DNA of 64,000 nucleotides from Eledone cirrhosa (GCA_964016885.1 OZ024748.1:54560001-54624000); one strand, 5' to 3'. Positions 1-13,928 are shown, numbered from the stretch's first letter. The notes: generated by a model from the letters alone, not told the origin. Made by a program: numbers and translations.

Positions 1-40
<40 letters not shown>

Positions 41-42
<2 letters not shown>

Positions 43-420
43 TGAAAAATGGCGAGCTGTGTTGTTGCAAATAGGATATATATAAAAATGAAGAATTAGA
101 AATAGAAGCCAGGACTATCTGTCATCAGTGGTCTACTAGCCCTTATAGATATTTCTTCGCATTGCGGACCATATACTTCAGGCTAGGGCGATGCAATAAC
201 TAAATTAAGTTATTGGGATAAAAAGAGTTGGGTGGAGAAAGAGAGACAGGTAAAGAGAGGAAAAAATGAGAAAAATCAAGTCAATAATTCATGTTGAACA
301 TAAGAACGTGCGAATATTGACGAGAAAACGAAAGACACATCTTGGCCGTGCGAATGTGAGCGAGGAAAGAATTTCGTACAGTGTGGGACGATGGAGGAAG
401 TGAGAGAGAGGGTGAGTAGC
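41..420 (-). mobile_element. Penelope-like element terminal remnant with degenerate hammerhead motif (139-189)
   Basis: Begins at a (TA)n junction with ATGAAAAATGGCG..., shared with 13737-13845 and (inverted) 58971-59012. Minus strand reads GCCCT..CTGAAGT..GAAATATCTATA-AGGGC, a decayed hammerhead core. Confidence 0.5.
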
Positions 421-581
421 AGAGTGAGTGAGTGAAAGTGTGAAGAAGAGGCTAGCCGAGAGAGAGAGTGACTAGCAGAGGGGGTGAGTGAAAGTGAGGG
501 GGAGGAGAGAGAAGGGGGAGAGAGAAAAAGGATAGCAGTTTATATATATTTATACATGTATGTATATATATATATATATAT

Positions 582-702
582 GTGGTAAGGAACCAGGTGG
601 ACCATAACGCACCAAAGTACTCAATACTTAGGGTAGTAGAGTGGGTACAGAATTAGCCGTCGAAACGGCTTGAGCTCAGCCGTCGGGGTCTTACTTGTTC
701 CT
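582..702. mobile_element. TA-embedded hairpin element, copy 1 (left hairpin arm deleted)
   Basis: TGTGGTAAGGAACCAGGTGGACCATAACGCACCAAAGTACTCAATACT head shared with 15947, 27248, 43830 and 59100. Flanked by (TA)n. Confidence 0.75.
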
Positions 703-1039
703 ATATATACAGTATATATATTGCCGAGGTTATAGGGAATATTCACTATACACCCCGTTTACTCACAATTACTCTGAGGTATGGTTTGAACGTGTATCGA
801 GCAAAACTTGTCTTTGAGAGCTAACCAAGTGTGTATAGAGAGAAATTCTCATAAACACACATGCACACACATACATGCACATATTCATGTACCTGGACAT
901 ACATACATGCATATATGATACATTCATCCTTTTATATACACACATACATATATCATACATTCACACACACACACACACACACGATAATTTTTGCATAGAC
1001 TCTAGATGTCTGTGATATAGGTTACTTTACTTATTCAAG

Positions 1040-1299
1040 AAAATTTGGGAAAATGACAAAACATATACCACACATACACACCTGTATATATACGTACATA
1101 TATATATATATATACACATACATACTCAGACACATATATACATACATATTCATACAGACACACATGTATATATACGTACATACATACACATGGATGCTTG
1201 CATACATACATGCATATATACTCACAGACACACGTATATATATATATGCATACAAACACACATATACATACACACACACAGACACACGAGTATATATAC

Positions 1300-1377
<78 letters not shown>

Positions 1378-1615
1378 GCATACTCACACAAACTCGTATA
1401 TATATATATATATGCATACATACATACATACATACATACACTCATTCATATACAGGTGTATACATTCACATACAGACACAATTATATACATACGTACATA
1501 TACATGGTGTATATATACACACGTACATACACACATACATACATACATACATACATACATACATACATACATACATACATACATACATACATACATACAT
1601 ACATACATGTATGTA
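1040..1615. repeat. Compound (TA)n/(CA)n/(TACA)n microsatellite
   Basis: Direct reading of the sequence. Confidence 0.95.
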
Positions 1616-1844
1616 GATAAAAAGTTAAAGAAACTGTGAAACAAAGAAAAAAGTGAGAAATAAAAGGTTGCAAGAATGTGTAAAAGACAGAAGATAAAGA
1701 AATGTAGAAAAGTTATGGCGTTAAGACATTTGTGCCATGGAGATATTTTGGCTGTAGAGTTTGGCGATCTTACAAGAGATTCCACTGCATCAAAGATTCT
1801 ACTTTAAATGTCTTTGTTTTTACTGTCACCTGAAAGAATTGTAT

Positions 1845-2400
1845 GTGTGGTGTGGTGTGTAGTGGTGGTGGTGTGATGGTGATGTGTAGTGATGGTGTGG
1901 TGTGGTGGCGGTGGTGGTGTTGTTAGGCCTGTGGTGGTGGTGTGATAGTGATGTGTAGTGGTGGTGGTGTTGCTAGGCCTGTGGTGGTGGTGTGTGGTGG
2001 TGGTGGTGGTGGCGGTGGTACTGTTGCTAGGCCTGTGGTGGTGGTGTGATGGTGGTGTGTAGTGGTGGTGGTGTTGCTAGTCCTGTGGTGTGTGTGGTGG
2101 TGGTGTGTAGTGGTGGTGGCGTTGCTAGGCCTGTGGTGGTGGTGGTGTGATGGTGGAGTGTGATGGTGGTGTGTCGTGGTGGGGTGTGTGATGGTGGTGT
2201 GTAGTGGTGGAGTGTGTGATGGTGGTGTGTAGTGGTGGGGTGTGTGATGGTGGTGTGTAGTGGTGGGGTGTGTGATGGTGGTGTGTAGTGGTGGGGTGTG
2301 TGATGGTGGTGTGTAGTGGTGGTGTGTAGTGGTGGGGTGTGTGATGGTGGTGTGATGGTTATTGTGCTAGTCGCGTGTGTGTGTGAGGTGGTGGTGGTGC
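1845..2400. repeat. GGT/GTG-rich degenerate minisatellite
   Basis: Repeats of GGTGGTGTGTAGTGGTGGGGTGTGTGAT and TGTTGCTAGGCCTGTGG. Confidence 0.9.
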
Positions 2401-3503
2401 CTGTCGTGCGTTGTGTGTGCGTGTGTGGTGTATTGTATGTGTGTATGCATGTGGATGGTGGTTGTGCTAGGTCTGTGGAGTGTGTATGTGGGTGCTACTT
2501 GTGTGTGTATATGGGGAGGGGGGGTACTTGTGTGTGGTACTTGTCATGTGGAGTGTGTAACTGTATATACGCAGGCCTTCGTATGCATAGACACAATTAT
2601 ATATATATATATATATATAATTGTGTCTGCATGTATTTATGTATATAAATAATGAATTATATACTCGCGCATGTGTGTATATGCATACACACATCTGAAT
2701 ATATATATACTCGTGCATGTGTATATATGCACATATGAATATATACACCCTATCATGAACGCATACTTTCGTTTCATTACATTCTTTCAGATCAAATCAT
2801 TTGCTAGAGAGAGACACACACACACGCACTCACGCACGCACGCACGCACGCGCACACACACATTTCGGTGTGTGTATAAGTATGTGTATTTTTGTATAGA
2901 TATTTATGAGCGCAGGCTTGGCTGTAGTGTTAAGATGTTCTCTTCCTTTTCACATGATTCACCGTTCGTTACCCTGCCGACAGAAACTGGGTAGAAAAAC
3001 ATAGGACACACACACGCACACATACATATATATATATATTTCAATACACACATTTATATATATATTTCAATACACACACACATTTATATATATATATTTC
3101 AATACACACACACATTTATATATATATTTCAATACACACACACATTTATATAACATTGAAAATAAGACCAAATACTGTTAATTATATTATATTTTAATTA
3201 ACGCACTTTTCTTCAGCAAATATTCGATATTTGTAAGAGAGTCCCCCCCCCCCTCTCTCTCTCTCTATATATATATATATGTGTTATCGAAGCCAAAGGA
3301 ATCATTCATTATGTCCCCAGCTACCCTCATTTATCACTCAATGAGATACGATTTGAACGTAGGAACAAGCGCAAATGTATGTGTACACTATTCATTATTC
3401 GCAATGGGTCGGCTGCACGTAGAAGGCAGAATATTTTATATACATACATACTTCAGCCACTCGGCTGAGGCCATGCTGGGGCACCGCCCTTGATATATAT
3501 ATA

Positions 3504-4318
3504 TCTATATATATAAAACTGTGGTTGTCTGTCTGTCTATCGATTTTTGGCACACATCTCCTCTTAGAATCTCTCACGGAATTGCACCGAAATTGCTATA
3601 CTTGTACATTGAGCCCTAGCGAAGACATCGGAAAAAAAATATTTCAAATTGACCCACCCTATGTGACGAAATCGAATATAATGTATCGATTTTTGAGCGT
3701 AAGTTATCAGTTATTTCCCTTTGTTCTGTTTACATTGAGCGTCTTACGTAAAAAATTACGCTGGTTTTCTCAGCGTTTAAAATGACATTAACACAATACA
3801 CGAACAGTTGTCGAGCCAGCAAAATATTGACCTGCAAAATTCATCAGTTCGAACACTAAGCTTCTGTTTTGCTTCATTTCCATTTAAAAGCATTTTAAAA
3901 CAATACTTTTACTTGAAAACAAGTCTATTTAAAGACTACGTAAAACAAGCAAATATTTCAGGCGTGCAGACAGACAGTCGTGCAGAGAGGTGATATAGGC
4001 GTGCAGACAGACATAACTGATAATTTGGTTGCGCTAATGTTTTTCTCTGCGTTGCAGTGTTTACATTTTCGATCTTTGTTAATAAATAACCAGTGCAGTT
4101 TTTATCCCCAGCATCCTCTTTTGTTATAACATTCGGGTTATCGTTATGTTTTCTTAACTTCATAAGGCATATTGTTGGTTGAGGGAATATTAATCAAAAA
4201 CACCACATGCAAGTCTGCACAGTAGACATTACAGTTTTTAAGCCAAAAAAGAAACTTAACATTGTAACTTTAACACAGCTACTGAGCGACCCCGAGCAAC
4301 GCCGGGCTTTACTGCTAG
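3504..4318 (+). mobile_element. Non-autonomous Helitron
   Basis: 5' end TCTATATATATAAAA followed by (CTGT)n. The 3' GC hairpin CCCGAGCAACGCCGGG lies 8 nt before a terminal CTAG. Inserted between A and T in a TA tract with no TSD. Confidence 0.8.
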
Positions 4319-5322
4319 TATATATATATAGTACAAACAGAGAGATCTACTTTATTATGGAATGACAAGATGATCCGTAGCTCAATGTATTATTTACAAT
4401 CAACAATCAAGTTGAGATAAGTTATCCAATGTAATTTCCCAAAATTACATTTATGTAACAGCACAGAGCAGGAATATGTGAAATTAAGGCACTTTATTGT
4501 AATAAAGGGATTAAAGGGTTGGACAGACTCTATATCTCCATAGTCAGCGAGTCTACTAGAATGAGCAGCCATCTGCTTTATTCAAATATTACTTTAAACT
4601 TATATTTAGGTCAGGGCTAGGTCAAGGTTGATCGGATATTGCACAACAACGTGACCCGTGACGAGATTTCGTTTCTAAGTTGAATACATTTTCTACATCA
4701 TGTGCGCCTCTAACGCTTTTGGGAAGAGGCCGAATATACAACTTTAAACCTCCCCTCAGCACCCTCATCCCCAACAACACTACTATTTCATCTCTCAAAC
4801 TTAAGGGTCTTTGTTTCCCATTGGGCTCCCACTTAAAATTTAGAGAGAAACTAAAAATCCCATAACAAACGCGGTATACCTTTTAAAGTTTTCTAAGACT
4901 TGTGTGAATGAGTGCAACTATTGTTTAGGATATTCTAATTTTCTCGTTGTTTGGAGATGTGGTTTTGTTTTCTAAATATAGACACCCTCCCTCCTGTAGG
5001 CCACCGTACCCAATCAACAACTCCTAACCCCTCCCCATCAACCCCAACGGCTCATTTCTGGTACCCACTTCCTAATTACTATTATACCCGCACCTAAACA
5101 TTTCATAACCAACCAGTTATGGCTACATGCAACACTCCCTTCCGTCTCGGGTGGATGAGTATTCACGTACAGCCTTGGGTATTTCAATACAAGTGTATGT
5201 GAGTGCTTGTACATATGTGTGTGTGCATGTATGTGTGCATATGTGAGTGGGGTGTATTAGAAAGATAGTTAACTGGTGAAAGACATGAGAGATATATAAA
5301 TATTCAACCTCCTACGCACGCG

Positions 5323-5380
<58 letters not shown>

Positions 5381-5696
5381 CACACTGTTAGTGTTGCTAT
5401 ATATGTGTGTGTATGTACGTATATATATATACGTGAAATTAAATAATTATTACATTTAACTTATTTATTGAAATAAAAGCAATCCTTATTTATTTAATCA
5501 CGTGCGTTTTACATTTGAAGTGTTGAGGTTGTGGCATTAATGCCTTTGCAGTAGTGCGGTAGAGACCCTTTTCTAGACATAACTTAGCTGACCTTTTGTT
5601 CTGTGGCGTCTAGCAATATAATCTAACCACATATATACAGACATTCTTGTGTAAAAACTCACTGAATTAGCTCGAGTCTGCATGCATTAGTATTAA

Positions 5697-6010
5697 TTAA
5701 AGCGTTGCACTACAATCATGTGGTTGTGAGTTCAATTCCCGGATCTGGTGATGTATTGTGTCCTTGAGCAAGACACTTTATTTCATTTTAGTCTACTTTA
5801 CTCAGCAGTAGAAATGAATTGTGACGTCTCTGATGCCAATCTGTATCGAGTTTTGCGTTTCCTTTGGACAACATCGGTGAGGTAGAGAGGGAAGATCGCT
5901 CTGTATGGGCGACTGGAGGACTTCCACCAAAACACCTTGCTTGGACTTGTGCCTTGGAGAGAACTTTCTAGGTACAAAACCCAGTCATTCGTGATCTAAC
6001 GGGGGGAAAT
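5697..6010 (+). mobile_element. tRNA-derived SINE, family B (CORE-like)
   Basis: B box GAGTTCAATTCCC followed by TGTGTCCTTGAGCAAGACACTTT. Homologous to the 24874, 31096 and 42023 copies. Confidence 0.75.
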
Positions 6011-6823
6011 CTTTTATGTTTAAAAAAAAAAAAAGCCACATTGGGTAATAAGCAGTAGACTTCTACGCAATATGTTCGGGAATTATATTCTCAGTTGTTA
6101 GAGTGTTAGATTAAATACCTTGGTATTTGTTTAAATTCTGCCAGGTCAGTTCTGCCTTAAATATTTATCTATGTTAAACAAATTACCAGTCCAGGTTGGC
6201 GGATTATTGTAATTATTAAAGAGTAGGAGGGGATATTTTGTGGTATCTATAAGTTCTGGATTCAAGTCATACTTTCTGTCACCGGTAAAACGGTGTTACT
6301 TTTGTCAGAAGTTACAACCGGCAGAAATGATCAGCAGTGGAAAAACTAATGAATACATAGCTTCCCTGGTCTGATCTGACATTCAGCTCTTTTCCACTTT
6401 TATTATGTTTTTACCTAGAAAAAATAGAAATTATCCTGAAACAAAAATCTATTTGACACCATATATGTTTCAGTAAAAAAAATAATTAAATAAAAAAAGG
6501 AAAACTAATATTCGACCAACAAAACAATAGAAATAACATCAATGAGAAGAGAAAAGAAAGAAACAAGTAAATAACAAAAAGCAACAAAAAACGAACAAAC
6601 AAACAACAAAACAGAAAGAAAAGACAATAATCTTTTATGTTTTCGTTAACAATAGCCTAATTTCTTTTTCATTGACCAATCCTATATACTTAATAGTTCA
6701 GAACAATTTCTTATAAATACTATTTAGTCATGCTACCTACATATTCTACTCAAACTAATTACTTGCTGCTGATGTAAATGCAGCTTTTTTTAAAGATATT
6801 TTTCTTAGAAAATTGTTTATGTA

Positions 6824-9800
6824 GGTTGGTGGTGTCTCTGGTCACAGTTTGGCCAAGTGTTGGTGGTGTCTCTGGTCACAGTTTGGCCAAGTGTTGGTGG
6901 TGTCTGTCTGGTCACAGCCTGACCAAGTGTTGGTGGTGTCTCTGGTCACAGTTTGGCCAAATGTTGGTGGTGTCTTTGGTCACAGTTTGGCCAAGTGTTG
7001 GTGGTGTCTCTGGTTACAGTTTGGCCAAGTGTTGGTGGTGTCTCTGGTCACAGTTTGGCCAAATGTTGGTGGTGTCTGTCTGGTCACAGCCTGGCCAAAT
7101 GTTGGTGGTGTCTGTCTGGTCACAGCCTGGCCAAATGTTGGTGGTGTCTGTCTGGTCACAGCCTGGCCAAGTGTTGGTGGTGTCTGTCTGGTCACAGCCT
7201 GGCCAAGTGTTGGTGGTGTCTGTCTGGTCACAGCCTGGCCAAGTGTTGGTGGTGTCTGTCTGGTCACAGTCTGGTCAAGTGTTGATGGTGTCTCTGGTCA
7301 CAGTTTGGCCAAGTGTTGGTGGTGTCTGTCTGGTCACAGCTTGGCCAAGTGTTGGTGGTGTCTGTCTGGTCACAGTTTGGCCAAATGTTGGTGGTGTCTG
7401 TCTGGTCACAGCCTGGCCAAATGTTGGTGGTGTCTGTCTGGTCACAGCTTGGCCAAGTGTTGGTGGTGTCTCTGGTCACAGTTTGGCTAAGTGTTGGTGG
7501 TGTCTGTCTGGTCGCAGCCTGGCCAAATGTTGGTGGTGTCTGTCTTGTCACAGCTTGGCCAAGTGTTGGTGGTGTCTGTCTGGTCACAGTTTGGCCAAAT
7601 GTTGGTGGTGTCTGTCTGGTCACAGCTTGGCCAAGTGTTGGTGGTGTCTCTGGTCACAGCTTGGCCAAGTGTTGGTGGTGTCTCTGGTCACAGCTTGGCC
7701 AAGTGTTGGTGGTGTCTGTCTGGTCACAGACTGGCCAAGTGTTGGTGGTGTCTGTCTGGTCACAGCCTGGCCAAGTGTTGGTGGTGTCTGTCTGGTCACA
7801 GCCTGGCCAAGTGTTGGTGGTGTCTGTCTGGTCACAGTTTGGCCAAGTGTTGGTGGTGTCTCTGGTCACAGTTTGGCCAAGTGTTGGTGGTGTCTGTCTG
7901 GTCACAGCTTGGCCAAGTGTTGGTGGTGTCTGTCTGGTCACAGCCTGGCCAAATGTTGGTGGTGTCTGTCTTGTCACAGCTTGGCCAAGTGTTGGTGGTG
8001 TCTGTCTGGTCACAGTTTGGCCAAATGTTGGTGGTGTCTGTCTGGTCACAGCTTGGCCAAGTGTTGGTGGTGTCTGTCTGGTCACAGCTTGGCCAAGTGT
8101 TGGTGGTGTCTGTCTGGTCACAGCCTGGCCAAGTGTTGGTGGTGTCTGTCTGGTCACAGTTTGGCCAAGTGTTGGTTGTGTCTGTCTTGTCACAGCCTGG
8201 CCAAGTGTTGGTGGTGTCTGTCTTGTCACAGCTTGGCCAAGTGTTGGTGGTGTTTGTCTGGTCACAGTTTGGCCAAATGTTGGTGGTGTCTGTCTGGTCA
8301 CAGCTTGGCCAAGTGTTGGTGGTGTCTCTGGTCACAGCTTGGCCAAGTGTTGGTGGTGTCTGTCTGGTCACAGTTTGGCCAAGTGTTGGTGGTGTCTGTC
8401 TGGTCACAGCTTGGCCAAATGTTGGTGGTGTCTGTCTTGTCACAGCTTGGCCAAGTGTTGGTGGTGTTTGTCTGGTCACAGTTTGGCCAAATGTTGGTGG
8501 TGTCTGTCTGGTCACAGCTTGGCCAAGTGTTGGTGGTGTCTCTGGTCACAGCTTGGCCAAGTGTTGGTGGTGTCTGTCTGGTCACAGTTTGGCCAAGTGT
8601 TGGTGGTGTCTGTCTGGTCACAGCTTGGCCAAATGTTGGTGGTGTCTGTCTGGTCACAGCTTGGCCAAGTGTTGGTGGTGTCTGTCTGGTCACAGTTTGG
8701 CCAAGTGTTGGTGGTGTCTCTGGTCACAGTTTGGCCAAGTGTTGGTGGTGTCTGTCTGGTCACAGCTTGGCCAAGTGTTGGTGGTGTCTGTCTGGTCACA
8801 GCCTGGCCAAATGTTGGTGGTGTCTGTCTTGTCACAGCCTGGCCAAGTGTTGGTGGTGTCTGTCTGGTCACCGTTTGGCCAAGTGTTGGTTGTGTCTGTC
8901 TTGTCACAGCCTGGCCAAGTGTTGGTGGTGTCTGTCTGGTCACAGCCTGGCCAAATGTTGGTGGTGTCTGTCTGGTCACAGCCTGGCCAAGTGTTGGTGG
9001 TGTCTGTCTGGTCACAGCCTGGCCAAGTGTTGGTGGTGTCTGTCTGGTCACAGCCTGGCCAAGTGTTGGTGGTGTCTGTCTGGTCACAGTCTGGTCAAGT
9101 GTTGATGGTGTCTCTGGTCACAGTTTGGCCAAGTGTTGGTGGTGTCTGTCTGGTCACAGCTTGGCCAAGTGTTGGTGGTGTCTGTCTGGTCACAGTTTGG
9201 CCAAATGTTGGTGGTGTCTGTCTGGTCACAGCCTGGCCAAATGTTGGTGGTGTCTGTCTGGTCACAGCTTGGCCAAGTGTTGGTGGTGTCTCTGGTCACA
9301 GTTTGGCTAAGTGTTGGTGGTGTCTGTCTGGTCGCAGCCTGGCCAAATGTTGGTGGTGTCTGTCTTGTCACAGCTTGGCCAAGTGTTGGTGGTGTCTGTC
9401 TGGTCACAGTTTGGCCAAATGTTGGTGGTGTCTGTCTGGTCACAGCTTGGCCAAGTGTTGGTGGTGTCTCTGGTCACAGCTTGGCCAAGTGTTGGTGGTG
9501 TCTGTCTGGTCACAGACTGGCCAAGTGTTGGTGGTGTCTGTCTGGTCACAGCCTGGCCAAGTGTTGGTGGTGTCTGTCTGGTCACAGCCTGGCCAAGTGT
9601 TGGTGGTGTCTGTCTGGTCACAGTTTGGCCAAGTGTTGGTGGTGTCTCTGGTCACAGTTTGGCCAAGTGTTGGTGGTGTCTGTCTGGTCACAGCTTGGCC
9701 AAGTGTTGGTGGTGTCTGTCTGGTCACAGCCTGGCCAAATGTTGGTGGTGTCTGTCTTGTCACAGCTTGGCCAAGTGTTGGTGGTGTCTGTCTGGTCACA

Positions 9801-11860
9801 GTTTGGCCAAATGTTGGTGGTGTCTGTCTGGTCACAGCTTGGCCAAGTGTTGGTGGTGTCTGTCTGGTCACAGCTTGGCCAAGTGTTGGTGGTGTCTGTC
9901 TGGTCACAGACTGGCCAAGTGTTGGTGGTGTCTGTCTGGTCACAGCCTGGCCAAGTGTTGGTGGTGTCTGTCTGGTCACAGTTTGGCCAAGTGTTGGTGG
10001 TGTCTGTCTGGTCACAGCTTGGCTAAGTGTTGGTGGTGTCTGTCTGGTCGCAGCCTGGCCAAATGTTGGTGGTGTCTGTCTTGTCACAGCTTGGCCAAGT
10101 GTTGGTGGTGTTTGTCTGGTCACAGTTTGGCCAAATGTTGGTGGTGTCTGTCTGGTCACAGCTTGGCCAAATGTTGGTGGTGTCTGTCTGGTCACAGCTT
10201 GGCCAAGTGTTGGTGGTGTCTGTCTGGTCACAGTTTGGCCAAGTGTTGGTGGTGTCTCTGGTCACAGTTTGGCCAAGTGTTGGTGGTGGTCTGTCTGGTC
10301 ACAGCTTGGCCAAGTGTTGGTGGTGTCTGTCTTGTCACAGCCTGGCCAAGTGTTTGTGGTGTCTGTCTGGTCACAGTTTGGCCAAGTGTTGGTTGTGTCT
10401 GTCTTGTCACAGCCTGGCCAAGTGTTGGTGGTGTCTGTCTGGTCACAGTTTGGCCAAGTGTTGGTTGTGTCTGTCTGGTCACAGCTTGGCCAAATGTTGG
10501 TGGTGTCTGTCTGGTCACAGCCTGGCCAAATGTTGGTGGTGTCTGTCTGGTCACAGCCTGGCCAAATGTTGGTGGTGTCTGTCTGGTCACAGCTTGGCCA
10601 AATGTTGGTGGTGTCTGTCTGGTCACAGCCTGGCCAAATGTTGGTGATGTCTGTCTGGTCACAGATTGGCCAAGTGTTGGTGGTGTCTGTCTGGTCACAG
10701 TTTGGCCAAATGTTGGTGGTGTCTGTCTGGTCACAGCTTGGCCAAGTGTTGGTGGTGTCTGTCTGGTCACAGCTTGGCCAAATGTTGGTGGTGTCTCTGG
10801 TCACAGCTTGGCCAAATGTTGGTGGTGTCTCTGGTCACAGCTTGGCCAAATGTTGGTGGTGTCTCTGGTCACAGCTTGGCCAAATGTTGGTGGTGTCTGT
10901 CTGGTCACAGCTTGGCCAAATGTTGGTGGTGTCTGTCTGGTCACATCTTGGCCAAATGTTGGTGGTGTCTGTCTGGTCACAGCTTGGCCAAATGTTGGTG
11001 GTGTCTGTCTGGTCACAGCTTGGCCAAATGTTGGTGGTGTCTGTCTGGTCACAGCTTGGCCAAATGTTGGTGGTGTCTCTGGTCACAGCTTGGCCAAATG
11101 TTGGTGGTGTCTGTCTGGTCACAGCTTGGCCAAGTGTTGGTGGTATCTCTGGTCACAGTTTGGCCAAGTGTTGGTGGTGTCTGTCTGGTCACAGCTTGGC
11201 CAAGTGTTGGTGGTGTCTGTCTGGTCACAGCTTGGCCAAGTGTTGGTGGTGTCTGTCTGGTCACAGCTTGGCCAAATGTTGGTGGTGTCTCTGGTCACAG
11301 CTTGGCCAAGTGTTGGTGGTGTCTCTGGTCACAGTTTGGCCAAGTGCTGGTGGTGTTTGTCTGGTCACAGCCTGGCCAAATGTTGGTGGTGTCTGTCTGG
11401 TCACAGTTTAGCCAAGTGTTGGTGGTGTCTGTCTGGTCACAGCCTGGCCAAGTGTTAGTGGTGTCTGTCTGGTCACAGTTTGGCCAAACGTTGGTGGTGT
11501 CTGTCTGGTCACAGCCTGGCCAAATGTTGGTGGTGTCTGTCTGGTCACAGCTTGGCCAAGTGTTGGTGGTGTCTGTCTGGTCAGAGTTTGGCCAAATATT
11601 GGTGGTGTCTCTGGTCACAGCTTGGCCAAATGTTGGTGGTGTCTCTGGTCACAGTTTGGCCAAGTGTTGGTGGTGTCTGTCTGGTCACAGTTTAGCCAAA
11701 TGTTGGTGGTGTCTGTCTGGTCACAGCTTGGCCAAATGTTGGTGGTGTCTCTGGTCACAGCCTGGCCAAGTGTTGGTGGTGTCTGTCTGGTCACAGTTTA
11801 GCCAAATGTTGGTGGTGTCTGTCTGGTCACAGCTTGGCCAAATGTTGGTGGTGTCCCTCT
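6824..11860. repeat. 36/34-bp satellite (~140 units), consensus GTTGGTGGTGTC(TG)TCTGGTCACAGYYTGGCCAART
   Basis: Continuous tandem array. The 34-bp units lack TG. A degenerate, longer-unit flank continues to ~12180. Confidence 0.98.
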
Positions 11861-12180
11861 GGTCAGTAGCAACACTATGGTCAAATGTAGCTTGATGTCT
11901 CTCTGGTCAGAGTGGCAACACTATGACCAAATGTAGATAGTGTCTCTCTGATCACAGCTTGGCAACAGTATGGCCAAATGTAACTTGGTTAAAGTGACAA
12001 CAGTATGGTCAAATGTTGGTGGTATCTCTCTGGTCAGAGAGGCAACACTATAGACAAAAGTAGCTCGATGTCTCTCTGGTCACAACGGGAAGAGTATGAT
12101 CAAATGTAATCTGGTGTCACTCTGGTCACGGGATGACTGAATGTAGGTAGTATTTCTCTGGTGCCAGCTTGGGCGAATGT

Positions 12181-12380
12181 GCTGGCGGCGGTAGTGGTGG
12201 TGGTGGTGGTGGCGGTGGTGGTGGCGGTTGCGGCGGTGATGGTGGTGATGGTTGTAGTGGTGGTGGTGCTGCTGGCGTTGATGATGATAGTGGTGGTGGC
12301 GGTGATGGTGGTGGTGATGGTGCTGCTGGTGGTGGCGGTGATGGTACGGCTGGTGGTGCTGCTGCTGGCGGTGGTGCTGT
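12181..12380. repeat. (GGT/GGC/GAT)n trinucleotide low-complexity tract
   Basis: Direct reading of the sequence. Confidence 0.9.
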
Positions 12381-12456
12381 ACTCACGTGTGATATCACAT
12401 TTGATATTATCTCCACTAGCAAACTCGTCGTGAGGTGACCGGATTAACGAGAAATA

Positions 12457-12645
12457 ACTGTTTCTACTTTTTGGCACAAGGACAGCAATTACTCCAGTGC
12501 ATTACATGTACTTTATTTTACCGACCCCGTAAGGATGAAAAGCAAAGTTAACCTCGGCGGGATTTGAACTCAGACCGTAAAGGGCTGTAACTCTATGCTG
12601 CAAAGCATGGTGTCCGACCCTCTACTGATACTGCTAATCCACCGA
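12457..12645 (-). mobile_element. tRNA-derived SINE, family A
   Basis: Matches the family consensus GGGCGGTGGATTGGCAGTATCGG...GAGTTCAAATCCC...GCCTTTCATCCTTACGGGGTCGATAAAATAAAGTACCAG...GTGCCAAAAGTAGAAACAA (A and B boxes). Confidence 0.9.
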
Positions 12646-12651
12646 GAAATA

Positions 12652-12750
12652 ACGTGCGTTATTCAAGGAAACAGCAGGCCGGTGGGAATCGAACTTACGA
12701 CGGCTTTACAATCTTCGACCGAACCCCCTAACCACTAAGCCACGCGCGTT
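12652..12750 (-). mobile_element. SINE family B 5' fragment
   Basis: Minus strand GCGCGTGGCTTAGTGGTTAGG...AAGTTCGATTCCC is a tRNA-like head. Confidence 0.7.
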
Positions 12751-13144
12751 CACCCACAACCGAATATAACTATTTTAAATAGCCTACCTATTAGATAGTC
12801 ACGTCCAATATACATATATATATACATATACATATACACACACTCACATATATATATACACGCATACATGTATATATACACATGCACACACACATATATA
12901 TATATATATACACACACATATATATATATATAGTCAGAATACAGTACTTTGTTCAACCAACAAAATGTTCAAGACAAACCCTCCACAAAACAAACTATAA
13001 TCTAATTTGTCTGTGAGTTTAATTACTAGCCACATTTTACTAATTAGTTATGTAGAACTATGTTAAGCTAGGAAAGTTAATTAGTGCAATTCACTTTTCT
13101 TAGATCTTACTTAGATCTTAAGCCTACTTGTACCACCACCGACA

Positions 13145-13175
<31 letters not shown>

Positions 13176-13696
13176 GTAATAATAATTGGAGCTAGTTCAA
13201 TCTTTTTTTTTTTTTACAATAAATAAATAGAAAAAAAAATTTCCATAAATTTTAACGTTTCTGATTTTTTCTCCCTGCAGGTTTTCATGTCAAAGTTATA
13301 CATTTTCTTTTTAATTAAGGAATTGTTTTATTTTTTAGGATAGCAATATTTAATTTGGGATCGTTAATTAAGAAAAAAAAAACTCAAAATATAATAATAA
13401 TGATAAATATAAAAAATGGTATCTTAAATGTCACGTTATATTTAGCGTATAGTGTCGTAACTAAGATAGGCTACCGGAAGTGTTAATACGCAAGTACAAA
13501 AAACGTCGACACTCTAGTAAATATACCATACATACACACACATACATACACGCATACATGCACACACGCTCATACATGTAGATGAAAGAGTATGTACGTA
13601 TGTGTGTATATATGTAAAGTAAGATAGATGTCTCATTGTGCTTTTATTAATGTGTATCATGCGTGCCTTGTTGCCCCATTCCATCTCTTACACACA

Positions 13697-13738
<42 letters not shown>

Positions 13739-13877
13739 GAAAAATGGCGTGCTGCGTTGGTGCGAATGTGATACATATGAATTAAAAAATAGAGCAAGAA
13801 ACCAGGAATATCCATCATCAGTGATCTTCTGGCTATCATCGGTATACACACACACTCATACATATATATATATATAT

Positions 13878-13928
<51 letters not shown>

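Noticed and set aside
6824-11860. CRISPR array (36-bp repeat with an internal palindrome)
   Set aside because: No unique spacers, no cas genes, and eukaryotic context.
6778-11895. Long ORFs up to 1306 aa (GHSLAKCWWCLS repeats, superficially Cys/His-rich)
   Set aside because: All frames are open because the 36-bp unit lacks stops, and the 34-bp units shift frame freely. This is a satellite, not coding sequence.
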